The notes under the pieces: generated by a model
Database searches by the model: none
The model's input: the letters and a program-made list of their open reading frames with translations, nothing else
What the model was told of the DNA's origin: nothing
Position numbers and translations under genes: made by a program
Part shown: positions 1-10,733 of the stretch, piece after piece
Numbering within the stretch: position 1 is the stretch's first letter
Layout of the letters: the number at the start of each line of letters is the position of its first letter
Origin: Squalus acanthias
Lineage: Eukaryota
Assembly: GCA_030390025.1 (NCBI GenBank)
Contig: CM059431.1
Location: 157,358,001 to 157,422,000 of the forward strand
Direction of reading: 5' to 3'
Length of the DNA stretch: 64,000 nt

Positions 1-312
1 GTAGGTTGCATATCCCATAGACCGGATGAATTTTGCGAGAGCTCGGTGATACGTGAGATAATGCAGGTTGTGTGAGTTTAGAAATTAAGAAAGTGTTTAG
101 TTCGATGTAAAAATTGTGGCAGGGAATGTATTATAAAGGCAGAGAGAGGCAGACATGCTGTGAAGTGCAAAGGAGCAGAGAAATCGAAGCAACGATTTAG
201 AAACGTTCACTACAAGTTTCTCGAGATTCGAGCCACCGGCAATGGATAAAACCAATTAGATGGTTCACTGAATATACAGGGCTCCTTTGATAGAGAATGG
301 ACGGAAACTCAC

Positions 313-510
313 GGCCTTTAATTCCGACAGCTTAGCATTTAAATGTCAGTTAATTTCTTCATCCAATATTAGAAGTATGTCGCTATTACAAGTTTTATCG
401 TTCTCTAGGTTTTCCACTGGATCTATGCTGAGAACGCATGATGGTAGTTCTGCTAGTGATGTCTTATTATATAATTAATTTCGATTCAGCTGGGCTTGAC
501 CCGTACAATC
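313..510 (-). pseudogene. Exon: putative second half of CARD/death-fold domain (two in-frame stops)
   Basis: Acceptor ccccaaattacag|GAT, donor GCC|gtgagt, 198 nt, phase 0-0, matching the phase-0 end of exon 1235-1395. Translation DCTGQAQLNRN*LYNKTSLAELPSCVLSIDPVENLENDKTCNSDILLILDEEIN*HLNAKLSELKA (amphipathic helical pattern). Confidence 0.55.
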
Positions 511-734
511 CTGTAATTTGGGGTAATTGATCAATTGCTAGCACGCCCTCTTATCCGCTTTCAGAAACTGGAGTTAATACAACCCCTGCAGAAATGCGGC
601 CACTGGAATTACTTTAACAGCCGCACGTTTCACAGTGAATTCAAAGAGCTGGTTTTGGACCTGTCCTCCAGGATGTTGCTGGTGGCGGATTCCCCGATGT
701 TAATTCCATTAAATATCAGGGAGAGATGATGTGA

Positions 735-980
735 CTCTCTGTTGTTGGAGATGGTCATTGCCTGGAACTTGAGTTACAAGAATGTTTCTTGTCACATAAC
801 CGGCCAAACCTGGATGTTGTCCAGGTGTAGCTTCATATGGGGATGGACGAATTCATTAACGGAGGAATTGCAAATGAAGCTGAACACTGAATCATCAGTG
901 ACTAGCCCCAATTCTGACCGCATGAGGGATGGCCATTGAAGAAGCAATTAGAGATAGTTGGGTCTCGGACGCTGCCATGA
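735..980 (-). mobile_element. Fragment of CR1/L2-group LINE RT (same family as 41190-43000)
   Basis: ttggagatggtcattgcctgg...ggatgttgtccagg is the reverse complement of the RT region seen at 42100-42300. Confidence 0.65.
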
Positions 981-1234
981 AGCAAACATAGTTAAACCAA
1001 GAGATGCTTTTCACTCATTATTTAACGCATTAATTGAAGATTAAAGAACAAATTAATTTACCAGAGATATATCTCAGAGGAGCACTTAAAATGCTGTTTT
1101 CATTGGAATCGGACTCAATTTCAGAGTCACTATAGATTACTGCTTATATCGTTGGGTTGCACGGAATACAGTTAATCTAACTCTGACTCATGACTCATTT
1201 AACACCATGAGATTCCACCATATATATTGAATAC

Positions 1235-1395
1235 CTCATGATCTGCTTCAGTAAACACTTTTACATCAAAAAGCGACTGACTAACAGTCTCCACGAATTC
1301 TTGAATTGAATGTTCCAGAATCTGACGGTGGCACTCGATAATTCTCCACAGCTGGAAATCCGTGTAGCTCCTCAGCATCAGTAACGTTTTATTAG
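1235..1395 (-). pseudogene. Exon: CARD/death-fold-like domain, first half, resembling the N-terminal domain of chondrichthyan NLRs
   Basis: Acceptor caatacattcag|CT, donor GAG|gtattc, 161 nt, phase 1-0, open: (A)NKTLLMLRSYTDFQLWRIIECHRQILEHSIQEFVETVSQSLFDVKVFTEADHE. The D-F-Q-L-x-x-I-x-x-x-H-R-x-x-L-E-x-x-I-x-E-x-V-E-x-V-S pattern recalls the DxQLxxLTxFYRxRLEQAIEEGVEGVS motif I remember from shark/ray NLRC3/NLRP3-like proteins. Confidence 0.65.
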
Positions 1396-1694
1396 CTGAA
1401 TGTATTGTCAAGGTGTAAATGAGAACATATTAAAATACTGAGCCCGCTATAAAACAAAGAATACTCTGCACCAACTGATATAGCAACAGCGTTTATTAAA
1501 GCCTTTCAAGCAGTGCTACCGCAAGTGGCGCCTCACAGAGGAGGTATTAAGAATTAAAGCTGACTCTTTTTTGGTATAGTTAGGAGGAACGACTCAGTCC
1601 TTGCAACATTCGGAGGCTGGTTAAAGTTAGTAAGCAGTAGAAAGAGGGGGATCCTTAGGAACGGAGTCAGTGGGATTGATATCTTTAACTGGAG

Positions 1695-2435
1695 TGCGGA
1701 GCAGAAAAACCGATACACTAGAAATCACCGCGAAGGAGAGTTGTGTAACAGAGGGGATGCAGAGAAGACTGTAGGGATAAGGTGGGTGGGGCTGTACATT
1801 TATTGTAAATTGAGTAGGATCATTTCACACATGATCAATTTGGGATAAGAAGTGAATGTAAGTCAGTGACCAAGTGGTTTACGGACTTGAGAGTGAATTT
1901 GAATTGAAGCAATAGAGCTGTAGAAAAGTTGAAGTTTAAGACGGGCAAAGCCCAAATGTCGTGTGAGGATTCAAGTCTAAAGCTCACAAAAGCATGGATA
2001 ACGTTCAAGCAAATATTCGTATGGAAGTGCATGTCCAGAAAATAACCTATACCTGTTCCTGGCGGTGATCTGAGACTCCAGGTAAGATTTAATGTCTTGG
2101 AATCAGCAGATGCTTTTGAGCAATTAGACATAGTCGTGACTTTCACATTTGCCTGATGAGCTAATAAATAACATACAGAGACTAATAGTATAAAACACTA
2201 AATGCAACTTCATTCGTGCTTCCATTTTTCCTGCTTTATTTTAAGGAAGACTAAATTGTGAAACATGAACTGAGAAATGGAAATATTGTGAAGCCAACAG
2301 GCAGTCACACTAAACTTTACGGATATCAATACACCGAGTACTGGAAACAACGCTTTTGGAAAATAGATTTCATTATCAATAGAGAAAAAATCACACAAAG
2401 ACAAATGATTTACCTTAGACATGACTGTATCTAGT
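1695..2435. repeat. Direct duplication, copy A (~740 bp), containing a cytoplasmic exon
   Basis: tgcggagcagaaaaaccgatacactaga...gacatgactgtatctagtac recurs co-linearly at 3451-4192. Confidence 0.92.
2053..2152 (-). pseudogene. Cytoplasmic exon, copy A (2-nt deletion relative to reconstructed 102-nt phase 1-1 exon)
   Basis: ttattagctcatcag|GC...GGAACAG|gtatag; encodes ...VKVTTMSNCSKASADSKTLNLTWSLRSPPGT. Confidence 0.5.
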
Positions 2436-3450
2436 ACATTTCCATAATTAAATGTCCACTCAACCTTCTCTGCTCTAAGCAGAACCCAAACAGCTTCTCC
2501 AGTCAATCCACCTAACCAAAGTCCTTCATTCCTGGAACCATTCTTGTAAATCTTTTCTGCACTCTCTCTAAGCCTTCACATTTTTCCTAAAGTGCCATAC
2601 CCTGAATTGGGCACAATACTCCAGTTGAGCTCGAGGCAGTGTTTAATAAAGGTTCATTATAACTTCCTTGATTTTTTACTCAATTCCTCTATTTATAAAG
2701 CACAGTCTCCCGTAAGCGTGTTAACCACTTTCTCAAACAGCCGTGATACATTCAACGATTTGTTCACATATACCCCAAGGTCTCTCTGATCATGCAGCCC
2801 GTTCAGAATTGTACCCTTTAGTTAATATTGCCTCTCCTCGTTCTTCCTCCGTAAATATATCATTTCGCACGTTTCTGCATTAATTTTTTTCTGCCACGTG
2901 TTCGTCCATTCCACCAGCCTGTCTATGTCCTCTTGAAGTCTATCACTTTTCTTCTCACTGTTCACTATACTACCAAGTACTGTGTGAGCTACAAATTTTG
3001 AAATTGTACCCGGTACACCCAAGTCCAAATCATAACTATATATCCAGGAAATCAGTGATCCTAGTACGGACCACAGGGGAACACCTTCCCCCACTTCGAA
3101 AGACAACCGTTCCCCTATACTATCTGTTTATTGTCACTTAGCCAATTTCGTATCGAAGCTGCCACTGTCCATTTTACTCCATGGGTTTCAACTTTGCTGT
3201 CAAGCCTATTAAGTGGCATGTTATCAAACGTCTTGTGGAAGTCCATGTACACCACGTCAACCACATTGGCCTCACCGCACCCTCGCCTCACCCTCTCTGG
3301 TAACGCATCAAAAAAATAAATCAAGTTAGTTAAACAAGATTTGCCTTTGAATAATCCGTGCAGACTTTCTTTAATAAATCCACTCTTTTCCAAGTAACTG
3401 TTAATTTTTTTCCGATTTATCGTTTCGAAATGATTCCCCATTACCGATGT
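2436..3450 (-). mobile_element. Old CR1 LINE ORF2 (RT) fragment, internally deleted
   Basis: ORFs 3115-3486 (KGKSCLTNLI, VDVVYMDFHKTFD) and 2822-3106 (LQEDIDRLVEW) carry CR1 RT motifs. Confidence 0.9.
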
Positions 3451-4192
3451 TGCGGAGCAGAAGAACCGATACACTAGAGACCACAACGGGGAGAAGAGTG
3501 TAACAGAGCGGATGTTAAGAAGACTGTAGGGATAAGCTGGGTGGGGCCGTATATTTGGGTGAGGATGAGTAGGACCATTTCACACATGCTCAATTTGGGA
3601 TACGAATTTAATATAAGTTAGTGAGCAAGTGGTTTACGGATCAAAGGGTGAATTTGAATTTAAGCAATAGAGATATATATAGATTCTAGGTCATGACGGG
3701 CTGGGCCCAAAGGTCGTTTGAGGAATCGAGACTGAAACTCACAAAAGCATAGATAAAGTACCAGCAAATATTAATATAGAAAGGCATGATCAGAAAAATA
3801 ACCAATAATTGTTCCTGACGGTGATCTGAGACTCCAGGTTATATTTAATGTTTGGAATCAGCAGATGCTGTTGAGCAATTAGACATAGTCGTGACTTTCA
3901 CATGTTTGCCTGAAGAGCTAATAAATAACATATATAGATTAATAGTATGAAACACTAAATGCAAATCAATTCGTGCTTCCATTTTTCCTTCTTTATTTTA
4001 AGGAAGACTAAATTGTGAAACAGGAACTGAGAAATGGAAATATTTTGAAGACAACAGGCAGTCACACTAAACTTTACGAATATCAATAAACCGAGTTCAG
4101 GAAACAAAGCTTTGGGATATAGTTTTCATTATCAATAGAAATTAATCACACAAAGACAAATACTTTAGCTTGGACATGACTGTAGCGAGTAC
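3451..4192. repeat. Direct duplication, copy B
   Basis: Co-linear, highly similar to 1695-2435. Confidence 0.92.
3809..3909 (-). pseudogene. Cytoplasmic exon, copy B (1-nt deletion, donor GT lost)
   Basis: agctcttcag|GC AAA CAT GTG AAA GTC ACG ACT (GKHVKVTTMSNCSTASADSK); end reads GGAACAA|ttattg instead of GGAACAG|gtatag. Confidence 0.45.
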
Positions 4193-4280
4193 TGTTCAAC
4201 AATTAAATGTGCCCGAGCATAAAACATCAAAAGGATGCGGCGGGGAGTGTGTTGGAGAAAGTCGTGAGAGGTAGCTCTTT

Positions 4281-5015
4281 GGCTCAAAAATTAGTGCCGC
4301 TACGCGAGAGTACTCACTGCGTACTCTCGCGTATTCTGTCTCCAATTGCCGGTTTTCTGCATGCACTGCGCATGCGCTGAAAACCGGCACTTGGTGAATG
4401 GAAAAGGGGGCGTTTCCTAGCTGAACCGCGTGCGCGCTACAGGCTGCGTGCATGCTGTGCACTTAGTGGTTTCAACGCGCAGTTAAGTACGGATGATTTT
4501 ACACATAAAAAAAGGAGGAGTAAGACCCACTTTTAACAGGGTAAGTAGTGAATTAAGTATTATTTTGAATTTTTTTAACAGGTATATCTTTTTTAGAGAC
4601 TTTAAAGACAGGTAAGTTTATTTTTATAACTTTTTAAAAGATTTTAAATTTTTTCAAAAATTTATTTTTTTATTTAAAATGGTTAATTTATTTAACTATA
4701 CTTATTTTATTAATGTGATGGTTTTTTTAATTTAATTGAGGTTTAGCTGTTCTTTTGGGGGTATAGATTCATAGCTTTCACAGCACTTATGTGAAAGTTA
4801 TGAATGGAAGATGGTGTGCTGCCATTGGCTCTAACTGAGTCACGTGATCTCACAGCTCACTCGAATCACTACGCCTGTGGGATACGCAAGCCCAGCACAG
4901 CAGCTGCCCACAACATCAAGTTCGTGCGAGCTGGAACTGAAAAAGCCAACGCGCATTGAGAGAACGCGGGGAAGCCTTACCCTCGCACGAAGGCTTCCTC
5001 ACGAATTTTTGGGCC
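4281..5015 (+). mobile_element. MITE, putative non-autonomous PIF/Harbinger element
   Basis: TIRs ggctcaaaaattagtg / cacgaatttttgggcc; internal palindromes (gcgagagtac...gtactctcgc; gccggttttc...gaaaaccggc) and AT-rich core shared with 12158, 16146 and 32779 copies. Confidence 0.8.
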
Positions 5016-5262
5016 AATACCTCATCAACAACAACAAAAACAACACAATTAACGTGATATAAAGTACACCAAGGCGCCTCAAGGAAGTTTTGATGAGGCA
5101 TGAATACACACATCCTAGCCGAAGAAAGAGATAGTAAGGGTTCAGGAAGATTTACATTAATTGTAGTCAAAAAAGGGAGTTTTAAGCAGACGCTTAAGGG
5201 ATTAACCGGTCTGCAGAGGCGGAGGTGTTTATGGAGGGAATAACAGGGTGCGAGGCATGTAC

Positions 5263-5310
5263 CTCTTTCCCCATCGGAAATGTAACTCTCTTCTTCACTA
5301 TTTGTATTTC
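5263..5310 (-). pseudogene. Short cytoplasmic exon or 3' part of TM exon: (G)NTNSEEESYISDGER
   Basis: gctgcag|GA...AGAG|gtacat, 48 nt, phase 1-1, in frame with TM exon. The intervening 45 nt is also open and short for an intron, so 5263-5490 may be one exon. Confidence 0.45.
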
Positions 5311-5355
5311 CTGCAGCATTAATGCCCGGAGAAGAACACGCATTGTTTTCCTTAC

Positions 5356-5490
5356 CCAGCGGTTTGTCATCATTTCTGAGATCATGTGTCTGCTTTATCG
5401 AAGAATCAGGCCCAAAGTCTCTTAATAGTCCCAGCAGTATTACAACGAGTAAACTGTATCGTACGAACATTATTACAGTATCGTCAATCA
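5356..5490 (-). pseudogene. Transmembrane exon with intramembrane Arg
   Basis: ttctttaatttacag|TG...CTGG|gtaagg, 135 nt, phase 1-1, open: (V)IDDTVIMFVRYSLLVVILLGLLRDFGPDSSIKQTHDLRNDDKPL; hydrophobic run VIMFVRYSLLVVILLGLL. Confidence 0.65.
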
Positions 5491-6451
5491 CTGTAAATTA
5501 AAGAACAACTGTTGAGCTGATGTTACTCAATGATTCATTGACAATCTAAACAATCTAAAGCAATTATAAAAGCTCCAGACGCATTAACTTCCGTTCATCG
5601 TTTGCGTACCGCATTGTTCAGTTTACTTTCTGATATCCTCTGCTGTTTTCACAGTTTTTCTTTGCCAGGTAATCGGAATCTTGTGCATTTCTACACTTTG
5701 CCTAAATAACGGATTTATAAGGTGTCGCCTAGAGGTTTATCAGAGAAGAATGCGAACTGTGGCTGGGTTGACTCTGCACTTATTTTCATCTATTGTTCAA
5801 AAGATGGATTATTCTCACACAACAATAAATAATCTGTAATATATACGAACGAATACTTAATCGGATATCGCCATTTAGTTCTCCTTTTGGGTTCTGACTC
5901 GTTTGAGATGTTCCTGTTATCATTGCAATCGAAAAAATTCACTGCTGCAGCTGCTAGCTTCTGCTGCAAGATTGGTCTGCTTAGAGGCAGGAGTTGCATT
6001 TTCCCAAGTTATTTCCCTACAAGAGTTGGATGTAGTTTTAGAGATATGCGCTTGCTCCTGATTCCCCACCAAATACCCACTAATTCTATTTAACTTGAAT
6101 TATATAACTGATGTTAGAAATTTATGAATCATTGATTAAAATACTGAATGAACCGGAAGCGGTTATGAAATCCGATATTAAGTTGAAGTCTCTTCAGTGA
6201 CACTTGAAGTCTTTTAAATGTATAATTAGCAATCGTTCGTGCTTTAATTGTACATTGTTATTTTGTGACTAAATATACTATTATTTTTAAATCCGCGGCT
6301 TTACCGGCATTTTTACGAACTGTTCAGACGGCTACACCTTGTTCATTCGATTTCCCTACTACTTATGAATCAATAGCCGTGTTTCAAATATACGAATTGA
6401 AACGTTATCACAACAATCAACGCCGATCCTGTCAACAGGAATCAAGCTTAC

Positions 6452-6509
6452 CATAAAGTAACGGGATTAGTCTAATGGAGGGGTAGGGGAATACTTTTAC
6501 TCCAAATGA
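6452..6509 (-). pseudogene. Candidate small exon (stalk region)
   Basis: Strong acceptor ctcttctttaccttccag| and donor TG|gtaagc; 58 nt; phase not reconcilable without an indel. Confidence 0.35.
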
Positions 6510-6611
6510 CTGGAAGGTAAAGAAGAGCTTTAGAATACGTTGCAGATAAACACTCTACAATGAATAATAAATGTTGCAGATATGAATCAGATTTAAATTA
6601 CTTTGCCGTAC

Positions 6612-6648
6612 CTGGTACTTATTGAAATTTCTCATTGTTACTTATTGC
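6612..6648 (-). pseudogene. Candidate small exon (stalk region)
   Basis: Acceptor ctttctttattctgcttcag| and donor CAG|gtacgg; 37 nt; contains stops. Confidence 0.3.
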
Positions 6649-7336
6649 CTGAAGCAGAATAAAGAAAGTAGCAACCTTTGCGATCAGAGACCACATTAGG
6701 CTTCTACCGCTGGCGACGTTATTCAGTCACTCCGTTCATGCTTCAGCACCTTTTTCACCACTCAGGTGTTCTGCAATAAACAACGCTCCTCATTCTTCCG
6801 TTTTTATTTTAAGCCCAACTAACAGCGTATCTACGCCATCTTCTTTCATACTTCGCATTACTTCCATACGCTACTTCCTGCAGGTTTCTGCCCCGTCATC
6901 TTTTTTCCTTTTTCTCATTCCATGCTTCACTTCCTTCTTATAATTCACATTGCTGTTGCTTTTCCCTCCTTTCACCACATCGGCACCGATGCCTTCTCTT
7001 GAAGTTCCGCACTTAACCGGGATCCTTCTGTGATTTATCTGAATGTAATTTGTCAACTACTAAAAGTAATCCCTCCCCTTTATTGACAGGAATGTTGCAG
7101 GGGCCGTCTACTGCGGAGGCCGAATCAATATCCAACGCCTAACAAATTTCTACGCAATCAGTTCCCCTTAGCGCCAAGATCAAGCAGGAGGCTAAAACTG
7201 AAAGAAAATCAATTTAACATCTAAATCAATGACCAAGAGGGTTACCAAGTTGGATTGTGAACTTATCCAGCCTAACCCTGTCCGCAGCATGAGACGATAT
7301 ACACTGGAAATTTCTTCCCACGTTTCCGCTAATACG

Positions 7337-7762
7337 GGCAACACGGTGGCATAGTGGTTAGCACTGCTGCCTCACAGCGCCAGAGACCCGGGTTCGAATC
7401 TGACCTCGGGTGACTGTCTGTGTGGAGTTTACGCATTCTCCCCGTGTCTGCGTGGCTTTCCTCCGGGTGCTCCGGTTTTCTCCCACAGTCCAAAAATGTG
7501 CGGGTTAAGTTGATTTGGCTATGATAAATTGACCCTTAGTGTTAATGGGGGATTAAATATGTGGGGTTATGGGGATAGGATGGGATATGTTAGGGGGAAT
7601 TAAATACATGGGGTTACGGGGGTCGGGTGGGATATGTGTACTGTGGGGATTAAAGCAGGGACAGGGTACTGGATTTGGATGATCAGCCATGATCGTATTG
7701 AATGGTGGAGCAGGCTCGACGGGCCGAATGGCCTACTCCTGCTCCTAGATTCTATGTTTCTA
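7337..7762 (+). mobile_element. tRNA-derived V-SINE (HE1-like) with CR1-derived 3' tail
   Basis: A box tggcatagtgg, B box ggttcgaatc, V-domain tgtgtggagttt..cattctccccgtgtctgcgtgg..tttcctccgggtgctccggttt, tail gggccgaatggcctactcctgctcct as in local CR1 3' ends. Confidence 0.9.
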
Positions 7763-7848
7763 TAATTTGTTCAAACAGGAATTGGATTTGATCACGTACC
7801 CACTTGACTGTGGCCTTCTAATAGAGAGTGGACTGTGCCAGCACCCAC

Positions 7849-8165
7849 TTGGAGTAATTTCAGCATTTCCCGATAGTGTTAGACGGAAGATAGTGGCTCG
7901 GAGATAAACCTCTCGATATCGCATATCGTCCATTTTACACTGGCGCCAAAAGCTTAACTTGACCCCAAAAGTTATGGATGAATTCTTCCCGTTATCAGAA
8001 TTCACAGGGGATGTTGAAAATGCGTCCTTAGAGATTTTGCCATGTATCAATATGCAGCTTAGTAGAATTTCAAAGCTATGTTTATAATGTAGCATTCACG
8101 GAGAGGCTCTGTTATTCCTCGGCCTCGGTTTACAGATTCTCTAACCTGGTGTTTTTGTTCTGGAA
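7849..8165 (-). pseudogene. Ig-like (C1/C2-type) exon, 1-nt frameshift
   Basis: tgtttgtacctacag|TT...ACTCCAA|gtgggt; 317 nt (one short of a phase 1-1 multiple of three). Joined translation (V)PEQKHQVRESVNRGRGITEPLRECYIINI/SFEILLSCILIHGKISKDAFSTSPVNSDNGKNSSITFGVKLSFWRQCKMDDMRYREVYLRATIFRLTLSGNAEITP shows beta-strand spacing typical of Ig C domains. Confidence 0.5.
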
Positions 8166-8593
8166 CTGTAGGTACAAACATAGTAAACGGCAGAATTTTA
8201 TTAGTACCTTCATTTCATGCATGTGGCGAAATAGCAGGGGAGTGGAACTAATTGGCTAGCTCTTCCTGTCCGCCAGCACAGGAAATATTGTTCGAAAGGA
8301 GGCCTCCGATATTAAGTTTCTATCCATCGATGTTTTACCGTCATTTTTGTAAAAGGAGCAGGCGGTTCAGAACCTTGATCACGTTCCGCCATTTAATGAG
8401 ACAATTGCTTATCTGTATCTTAACTCCATCAAATCACCATTTGTCCGTTTCCATTAATATGATTCACTAGCCAAACTCTATCGAACTCATGTTTAAAATT
8501 AGGATGTGTCCATTTGCAGCACCAAATTTCTGATTGGACTATTGGAGGACAAGATAATATTTCTGATTTGTCAACTTGGAGGACAAGACTCAC

Positions 8594-8695
8594 CCGGCAG
8601 TTTGTCTGCAATGTGTAATTAGATCCTGCCTGCCTGAGTAATCAATATCTTTGTAATATGTATTTGATGCATTCATTTTGACAGCCAGGCTCCAG
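8594..8695 (-). pseudogene. 3' part of B7-type IgC exon (separated from its 5' part by TE insertions)
   Basis: Ends at consensus donor CCGG|gtgagt; reads SLAVKMNASNTYY.. then LHIADKLP in a shifted frame. With 10553-10733 it totals ~280 nt, a normal Ig exon size. Confidence 0.35.
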
Positions 8696-8999
8696 ATTTC
8701 ACAGTGCTAACACTACTGCTTTCAGAGAACAGACAGTGCTCACCCTCCCAGGTTACGAGCTAGCAAGGGGTGAGGACATGGATGGAATTCAACATGAGGA
8801 TGAACTTTTTGAAATCAAGGTGTTGATGGACCATGAGCCCATTAATGTACCCGCCATTTTGGGGGGCGCGGCTCCTTTAAGGGCTACGCGACTCATTCAA
8901 ATTGTTGCATGAGCGGTCTAATCCTGTCCCAACACTGGGAGAACGAGATCCATCTTCTCATCTGGATCACGTTCTGGCTCTCATCCCCGCCCTTTAGAA

Positions 9000-10552
9000 C
9001 TGGATCTCATTAATCCAACTCCTCACTGATCTCACAGTGCTCCCCACAACAACCTATCCAAGTTAGTCCCACTTCCCTGTTCTTTCCCCATAACCCTGTT
9101 TTATTCCTTGAAGTATTTATCCAATTACATTTTGGAAGTTCATGTGAAATCTGATTCTACCACCCTTTCAGGTAATGCGTTCCAGATCAAAACAACAATC
9201 TTTGTGAAATAACTTCTCCTCATTAACCCTCTAATTATTATTATTTTTTAATCTGTTCACTCTGGTTACCTACGCTTCTTCCACTGTAACAGCTTCTCCT
9301 TATCTAATCTATGAAAATCATTCATGATTTTGAACACCCCTATCAAATGTCCACTCAACCTCCTCTGCTCCAAGGAGATCAATCTCAGCTTCTCCATTCT
9401 CTGCAAATTAATGTTTCCCTCATCCCTGGTTCCATTCAAGTAAATCGCTTCTGCACCCCCTCTAAAAACTTTGCAGCTTTCCTAAAGTGTGTTGCCCAGA
9501 ATTGAACAAAATATTGAAGTTGAGGCGTAACCAATGTTTCATAAAGATTTAACATAACTTCCTTGCTTTTGTACTCCGCGTCTCTGTTAATATAGTCAAG
9601 GATACCATGTGCATTTCTAGCAGCCTTCTGAACTTACTCTGCCATAATCAATTATTTACGTACATACGACCCCTAGGTCTATCTTTTTCTGCAGCCTCTT
9701 TGAAATGGTACCATATAGTTTATTTTGTCTCTCCTCAACCGTCCTACCAAAATATCTCACTTCACAATTCTATGCGTGAAATTTAATCTGCCATGTTTCG
9801 GCCAATCCAAAATATGTTGCTCTCCTCTGGGAGTCTATTAATATCCTTCACATTGTTTACTACATTTAGGAGTTACGTGTAATCTGCTATCTATGTAATT
9901 ATATCCTGTAGACCCAATTCCAGTTCATTAACATATATTAAAATTGCAGTGGTCCTAATACAGATCCCTTGGAAACAAGGTTGCATAGATCCATGCAGTA
10001 TGAAAAACTACCGTTCACTGCGATTTTGTTTTCCGTTCGTTATCCAATTTTGAATCGAAGCATCCAGTTTCCCTTTAATAAAATGGGTTTATTTTTTGTA
10101 ACAAATCTATGATGTGGAACTTGATAAAATGCCTTTTCAAAATTAACATTCACAACATCAACCGCACTAGCCTCATCAACCCTCGCCATTATTTGAGCAA
10201 AAAAACAAATCAAGATATTGAAACACAATTTTCTTTTAACAAGTCCTTTCTAACTTTCATTTATCAGCCCGTAACTTTCGGAGAGTCAATTATTTTTCCC
10301 CTGATTATTGTCTCTAAAAGTTTCACACCGGCCACTTCAGGTTGACTTGCCTGTATTGCTAGATATATCCCTCTCCACTGTTTTGAACATTTGTGTTACA
10401 TTTGTGTAACCACCCGTCTGGCACCGCCTCTTTATCTAAGGAGTATGGTAAGATTCTGTCCAGAGCCTCCTCAATTTACACCCTTACTTTCTTCAGTGAT
10501 CTAGGAAACATTGCCTCTGGACGAGGTGACTGCTCTATTTTGAGTACTGCCA
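9000..10552 (-). mobile_element. Old CR1 LINE (RT and 3' end) inserted inside the IgC exon
   Basis: ORF 10040-10228 (VDEASAVDVVNVNFEKAF) and reverse-complement CR1 3' region at 9050-9600. Confidence 0.85.
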
Positions 10553-10733
10553 AAGAAACCTTCTGCTGATCACCAGGTACACCCCATTATTTATAACCTT
10601 ACAACTCGGAACTTCCTTCAGCCCTTCGTCACTTTCAAGCCAATAATTAAACTCTAGTACAATGGGAAATCTATAAGCCTCAGGTAAACGTTAGAATTCG
10701 ACATCACTCAGTGATCATACGGCTTACTGTAAT
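10553..10733 (-). pseudogene. 5' part of B7/butyrophilin-type IgC exon
   Basis: Acceptor aattttccgcttttgatgtttag|AT, phase 1: (D)YSKP/MITE*CRILTFT*GL../FPIVLEFNYWLESDEGLKEVPSCKVINNGVYLVISRRF. YSKP start, FP, W and NGVYLVIS match B7-family IgC patterns; stops and frameshifts present. Confidence 0.5.

Noticed and set aside
4916..5491. 191-aa ORF as a single-exon protein
   Set aside because: Only 5263-5490 has exon signals; the rest runs through intron and into a MITE.
7337..7410. tRNA gene
   Set aside because: It is the tRNA-derived head of a V-SINE, continuing into the V-domain and LINE tail.
8354..8593. ORF 8429-8611 (ILSCPP..IWCCKW) as an IgV domain
   Set aside because: Much of this stretch reads as a decayed reverse CR1 3' end (ggagcagg...ttccgccatttaatgag...atctgtatcttaactccatc), and it lies downstream of the gtgagt donor at 8593.
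8699..8745. cacagtg as a recombination signal heptamer (also at 631 and 48656)
   Set aside because: No acaaaaacc-like nonamer at 12 or 23 nt spacing, so no support for V(D)J segments.
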